A stretch of 64,000 nucleotides of DNA, from positions 39,990,001 to 40,054,000 of the forward strand of contig OX597838.1 of assembly GCA_951406725.2 (NCBI GenBank), written 5' to 3'. The position numbers and the translations under genes were made by a program. The first letter of the stretch is position 1, and the number at the start of each line of letters is the position of its first letter. Below the pieces are notes generated by a model. It was given only the letters and a program-made list of their open reading frames with translations. It had not been told where the DNA came from and made no database searches. Source of the DNA: Octopus vulgaris. Its lineage: Eukaryota. This document shows, piece after piece, positions 56,681-64,000 of the stretch.

Positions 56681-56976
56681 AGGAGGGCTATTTCGTATTT
56701 AGGAGGGTTGTATTTATCTGCTTTTTTGCCTTTCTTCTTAATTATTCATGAGCCAAATGGGCATGCAACATCAACTATATAGCACATGTGGTGCATCCTG
56801 CCGACTACCACTAGGTCCTGTCTGTTATGCTCTAACACATGATCTGTTTAGATTGGGAAACCTCAGATGAGTTTCCTAGTCTCCGACTCGGCCAATCTCT
56901 GCGATTTGAGCTCATACCAGGTCTTGTCTCTCTTTAGCCCTCGCTTTACGTACAGTTTTTTAATGTAACATTTTCG

Positions 56977-59150
<2,174 letters not shown>

Positions 59151-59173
59151 TATTATTATTATTATTATTATTA

Positions 59174-59215
<42 letters not shown>

Positions 59216-59847
59216 GGTAGAAGTGTCCTGGAGTCTTATTGTAGAGACAGAGACTGTCGGCCCAGTATAATTAAATCCATGTCGTTTGGATAGTTTCTGC
59301 TTTAACATCACCAGAATCAACAGACAAATAGACTAGGCAGGGCCTCCAATGCATATTTTGCAACGGAGAACGAAACTTCTTTCTCGTCTACCAAGAACAC
59401 CTCTCAAAATTCAAGGAGATCGTGAAGGATTTTAGGAAGGTGGGCAGTCTCCATCAGGCATTCATAGGCTCCACCTTGGCTCTCACATCCCAGAAGTTCT
59501 TCCAGCTGAAACCCCTTTTATAAGACAAGCTCCACCTGGTGTTTGAACAATTTTTCGCGTTAAATTCTTTCATATTTCTTTGCTAATTTGGAAATTAATA
59601 TAATTATGACTATCATCAATTTCGTGTCATTGGTTTTGAGTTCAAACTCTCACATTACGACGATCCATGATGACATGTCAGCAGCTGCAGTATTACATTG
59701 TATATTCTTAATCTGGACAGACCTATGCTAATATCCGAAATAATATATCTCTGACCCACGCTGAGTAGTCCTGCTCACTGTTTGTTTGTCATGGGATAAA
59801 AATCTGAAGCTATATAACAAAAAAAAAAAAGAAAATTGATTACTTAC

Positions 59848-60074
59848 AACTGGGAGTAAGGGCTTTGCTCTTTCGATGATTTTATATTGAAGACATCGTG
59901 ATATACATCGCGGTTTTCCCAGCCAATTTTGCAGATATTACTTTCGTAGAAACAAGGCACATATGCATCATACAGCTTTTTAGCGATATTAGCACAGGTA
60001 GTGGAGTTCAGTTTGTAGACAATTTCTGCACTCATCAGTAAACAATGCCGAAGAGTGACATAATTTTGTCTTGC
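59848..60074 (-). CDS. Stanniocalcin-like protein, paralog C, coding exon 3 (exons 1-2 not found, probably beyond 64000)
   Basis: Minus-strand acceptor tttttggcctttgcag|GCA and donor TT|gtaagt; 227 nt, phase 0 to 2. ARQNYVTLRHCLL...TTCANIAKKLYDAYVPCFYESNICKIGWENRD has the same Cys spacing and GWxNRD motif as B. Confidence 0.85.
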
Positions 60075-60356
60075 CTGCAAAGGCCAAAAACAGATGTCTG
60101 TGTAATAGAAACTAAGAGTACATAATTACTGATACCAAAACATATATGAAGCGGTAATTAATTTGAAAATATAAAATAATATTGGCAAAAGACAAGATGT
60201 GTGTGTGTGTAAATATATATATATATATTTAATATAGGATAGATTTTTCGAAATAAATTCTATCAATGGCCAGCATATTAAAAAATACCTTTAAAGGTTT
60301 GTTTATATATATATATATATATATATACATATATGTACATATACATGCACACACAC

Positions 60357-60430
<74 letters not shown>

Positions 60431-60432
<2 letters not shown>

Positions 60433-60638
60433 AGGCGCAATGGTCCAGTGGTTAGGGAAGCGGACTCGCGGTCGTAGGATCACGGTTTCAATTCCCAAAC
60501 CGGGCGTTGTGAGTGTTTATTGAGCGAAAACACCTAAAAAGCTCCACGAGTCTCCGGCGGAGGGTGGTGGCGATCCCTGCTATACTCTTTCGCCACAACT
60601 TTCTCTCACTCTTTCTTCTGTTGGCCTGCTCGCTTAGC
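60431..60638 (+). mobile_element. tRNA-derived SINE (family 2), 5' part
   Basis: Matches the reverse complement of 7190-7530. Confidence 0.8.
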
Positions 60639-60639
60639 A

Positions 60640-60674
<35 letters not shown>

Positions 60675-61554
60675 TTATCCTCTATCTTTTGCTTCTTTCA
60701 ATCATTTAACTGCGTCCGTGCTGGAGTATCACTGTGAAATATTTTAATCGAACAAATCGACCCCAGTACTTATTCTATCGGTATTTTTTGCCGAACTGCT
60801 TGGTTACGGGGAAGTAAAAACACCAACACTGGTTGTCGAACAGTGGTGGTGGACAAACACACACGTATGCGATGGGCTTCTTCCAGTATACAACCACTAT
60901 ATCGTTCCATCACCGCTCATGTCTCTCTGAGACATTTAGAAATTCAACATTTCTAATTGTGATGATCAGTAAATAAATTTTACTGAAAATAGGATATATT
61001 TGCTGAGAGGTTGCGGTCATCTCAGCTAGCGAGACTTGCTACCCTGGACTGATGACGAGCAATACACTCAGAAGGCTTTATTCGGCCTGAGGCTATAGTA
61101 GGAGACATTCGCCCAAGGTTCCACACAGTGTGACTAAACTCGGAACTATGTGGTTAAGGTGCAGGCTTCTTACCACACAGGCATGCCTGCGCCGATGCAA
61201 ATTTTATATGTATAATGTAATTTAATATATACAACTAGCAGTATCGCCCGGCGTTGCTCGGGTTTGTAAGGGAAATAAATATATAAGCATTTTTAGAGAT
61301 GTAAAGTAATAGCCATCTCAATACTTTCATTAGTTCCTATTTAATAACATTTTATGTTTCTATTAGTTACTGGTAATTTAATAGTATAGCTTGTAGTAGT
61401 GATATATTAATGAGTATGTAGTATTTTCTCATTATTAACTTTTGTATGATGAAATAATGTAGTTCACTTATAATTATTATATTATTATTAGAAATATTGA
61501 ATTTCTAAATGTCTCAGAGAGACATGAACGGTGGTGGAGCGATAGAGTGGTTGT

Positions 61555-61790
61555 ATGTCAACTCAACGTGACAGTCCCGTAAAGGAATTACACCACCGCC
61601 ATTTAGCCCTAGGAAACATCGAGCAATAAACTCAGAAACATATGTCTTCAGGTGCTAGTCCCAGTTGGCGGGGGTGATTGCCTCCCCTTTGCAAATATAA
61701 GGACACGAAAATGTGTCAAAGCCGACAGGAAACGTTGATGTTTCCTAGGGCTATCCTTACGGAATAGTCACATTGAGTTGACTGTATACA
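61555..61790. mobile_element. MITE-like inverted-repeat element
   Basis: GTCAACTCAACGTGAC...GTCACATTGAGTTGAC termini; internal TAGCCCTAGGAAACATC/GATGTTTCCTAGGGCTA. Confidence 0.65.
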
Positions 61791-62566
61791 ACCACTATAT
61801 TATATTATTAGTTAAATTAAATTCAATCGTGTTTGTTTTGTTTTGGAGAGATTTATATAAAGCTTTAACTTCTTTATTAGAGTAGTAATTATGGAAGACT
61901 GGTGCGATTTAGCATATTATTTAGTTATTGCAGGTTTATTATTAATACTGATACGATGTACTTTGGTTTATGTGTTCTTTTGTTGCAGTTTTATAAAAGT
62001 TAGTGTTTAATCCTGCCTACAAATTGATTGATTGAATGAATGTGGCCACTTTTATATTATACTATGGAAGACGGTAGGGATTGTTATTTTCCGATGGCTT
62101 AATGGATTGGTCGCTGTTTAGTTACGTATTTAGGATTTTGTTGTAATTTGATTTGATTTATTTAGTGATACGGTAGTTCATAGGGAAAATGTGTTTGAAA
62201 GTTGTTGTTTCTTTGGTTTGTAAAGTTTCCAAACAACACTCATTTTAGTGTTGTTGACACCAGCGGATTCAATGTTGCTGCCCAGGTGTCGAAACCATAA
62301 TGATATCTGTGGAGCAGCTGAGGATGGAGGTACGTTGTTGGTATGGCTGTTTTTGTATTTGGGGAGTAGTATAATAACACATCCTTTTGATATATACGTG
62401 TATATATATATATATATATGTGTGTGTGTGCGTGTATGTGTGTGTAATTATATGTATATATATACACACACATATATATGTGTTTGTATGCATATGTATG
62501 TATGTATGAATGTATGTGTATATATGTATATATGTGTGTGTGTGTATGTGCATCAAGTAATTGTAT

Positions 62567-62680
62567 AGTGTCAACTTAATGTGACAGTCCCATGAAGGGA
62601 ATAATACTACTGCTTTCTAGGGCTAAATAGCAGTAGTATTATTCCCTTCATGGGACTGTTACATTAAGTTGACAGTATAC
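62567..62680. mobile_element. Near-perfect ~110-bp hairpin, collapsed copy of the same MITE family
   Basis: TGTCAACTTAATGTGACAGTCCCATGAAGGGAATAATACTACTGCT pairs with AGCAGTAGTATTATTCCCTTCATGGGACTGTTACATTAAGTTGACA. Confidence 0.75.
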
Positions 62681-63012
62681 AATTACTTTATCGTATCACT
62701 ACCACATAAATCTCTCTGAGAGATTTAGAAATGTATTATATAATGGATTCTCCCGTCAAAGTCAACGTATGAGCATTCAACTTTTGCCGAGCGACCTGCA
62801 ACGGCAATTTGTTTATAGCGATCAAATGTTCGTACTGCATGTTAGATCACTCTGTCCATAAAATTGACGTTGCATGAAGAGGTGTACGGTGTACCATTTG
62901 TCAGGTATCGAAGTGATCGCAGAGCAACGTGAGATGAAGTGATTCTAGGAATTAAAATCACGATTTAGCGATTGTGAGTACAGCAATCTAACCACTAAGT
63001 TAGGATGGTGTA

Positions 63013-63104
<92 letters not shown>

Positions 63105-63230
63105 TTATATATATATATATATACATATATTTATACATATATATATATATACATATATTTATACATATATATATATATATATATATACATATATTTATAC
63201 ATATATATATATATATATATACATATATTT

Positions 63231-63302
<72 letters not shown>

Positions 63303-64000
63303 ATGAACAAGACGAGAACAAAAGGAAAAACAAAATAGAAAAACAAAAACATAGAAAACGAAATTTCGGTTTCCATGTTCTCATTTTTCATTTTGTCCAC
63401 GTTTTTTGACGTCTTGTATGCATTTATATATACATATATATGTAAGTATGTACATATATGTATGTATATATGCATTTATATATATATATATATATATACT
63501 ATTTATATTATTTTATGATCGTACGCCACGCCGCGTCCATTTCCAAGTAAGTTTTATCTTAATTCCGATGCGCACCCTACAACTATCTCTATTCTCCCTT
63601 TATTCCACTATTATTATTCTTTCTGTTTTTCTTCTCCTCTCCCTTCACCGTTCTCTTTCTCTCCCTCTCTCTCCCTCACTCTTCCTCCTTGACTCTCTTG
63701 TTGTTCACAAGTGACGAGGCTATCGTTCTTTCTTCCTCTTACTTTACAAGAGACAAGACCTACTTTTGCCTGTCTCCTGTCAGAGCTTCTTTCTCCAGCG
63801 TCCACCACTTTACCTTGTTAAATTAAATCGAAAAGATAAGTTATATTTTTAATTTAAGAAATATTGTTAAATGCTTTTCGATTATTTATAGCTAATACAC
63901 GTATTTTTTATATATTTATTTGATAATCAGTATAAGTTAAGATAAGTACAATTATTCTATTATTATTTTAGACCTGATGTGTGACTATATTTTTTAATAG

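Noticed and set aside
62240-62400. Candidate exon 2 of gene C
   Set aside because: No minus-strand frame gives the C-x8-C-x4-C pattern; upstream exons are probably outside the window.

Overview
AT-rich, microsatellite- and transposon-dense animal genomic DNA; the SINE/LINE repertoire looks like an octopod cephalopod (inference from repeat recognition, not proven). Nearly all ORFs in the supplied track are microsatellite or TE artefacts. Among the repeats is a cluster of three paralogous spliced genes for small Cys-rich proteins with a stanniocalcin-type 10-cysteine skeleton. Gene A (+) has only exons 3-4 in the window (344-570, 6005-6110). Gene B (+) is complete: four coding exons from 22630 to 32734, 231 aa, with a signal peptide and a TATA/CRE promoter. 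Gene C (-) has exons 3-4 (60074-59848, 48905-48800). All three share a 227-nt phase 0/2 exon 3 and a W-x9-C-x10-W last exon. A and B are close duplicates whose coding exons diverged much more than the adjacent non-coding DNA, almost entirely by amino-acid-changing substitutions, a pattern seen in toxin, immune and reproductive gene families. The window also holds a well-formed type I hammerhead ribozyme in a 570-bp terminally redundant element, several degenerate hammerheads, a Penelope-like element with a CCAAT/CRE array, three copies of one mariner family, Tc1-like elements, R4/Dong-like and Tx1-like LINE remnants, a non-autonomous Helitron, MITE-like hairpins and several tRNA-derived SINE families. 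All counts were made by hand and should be recomputed.
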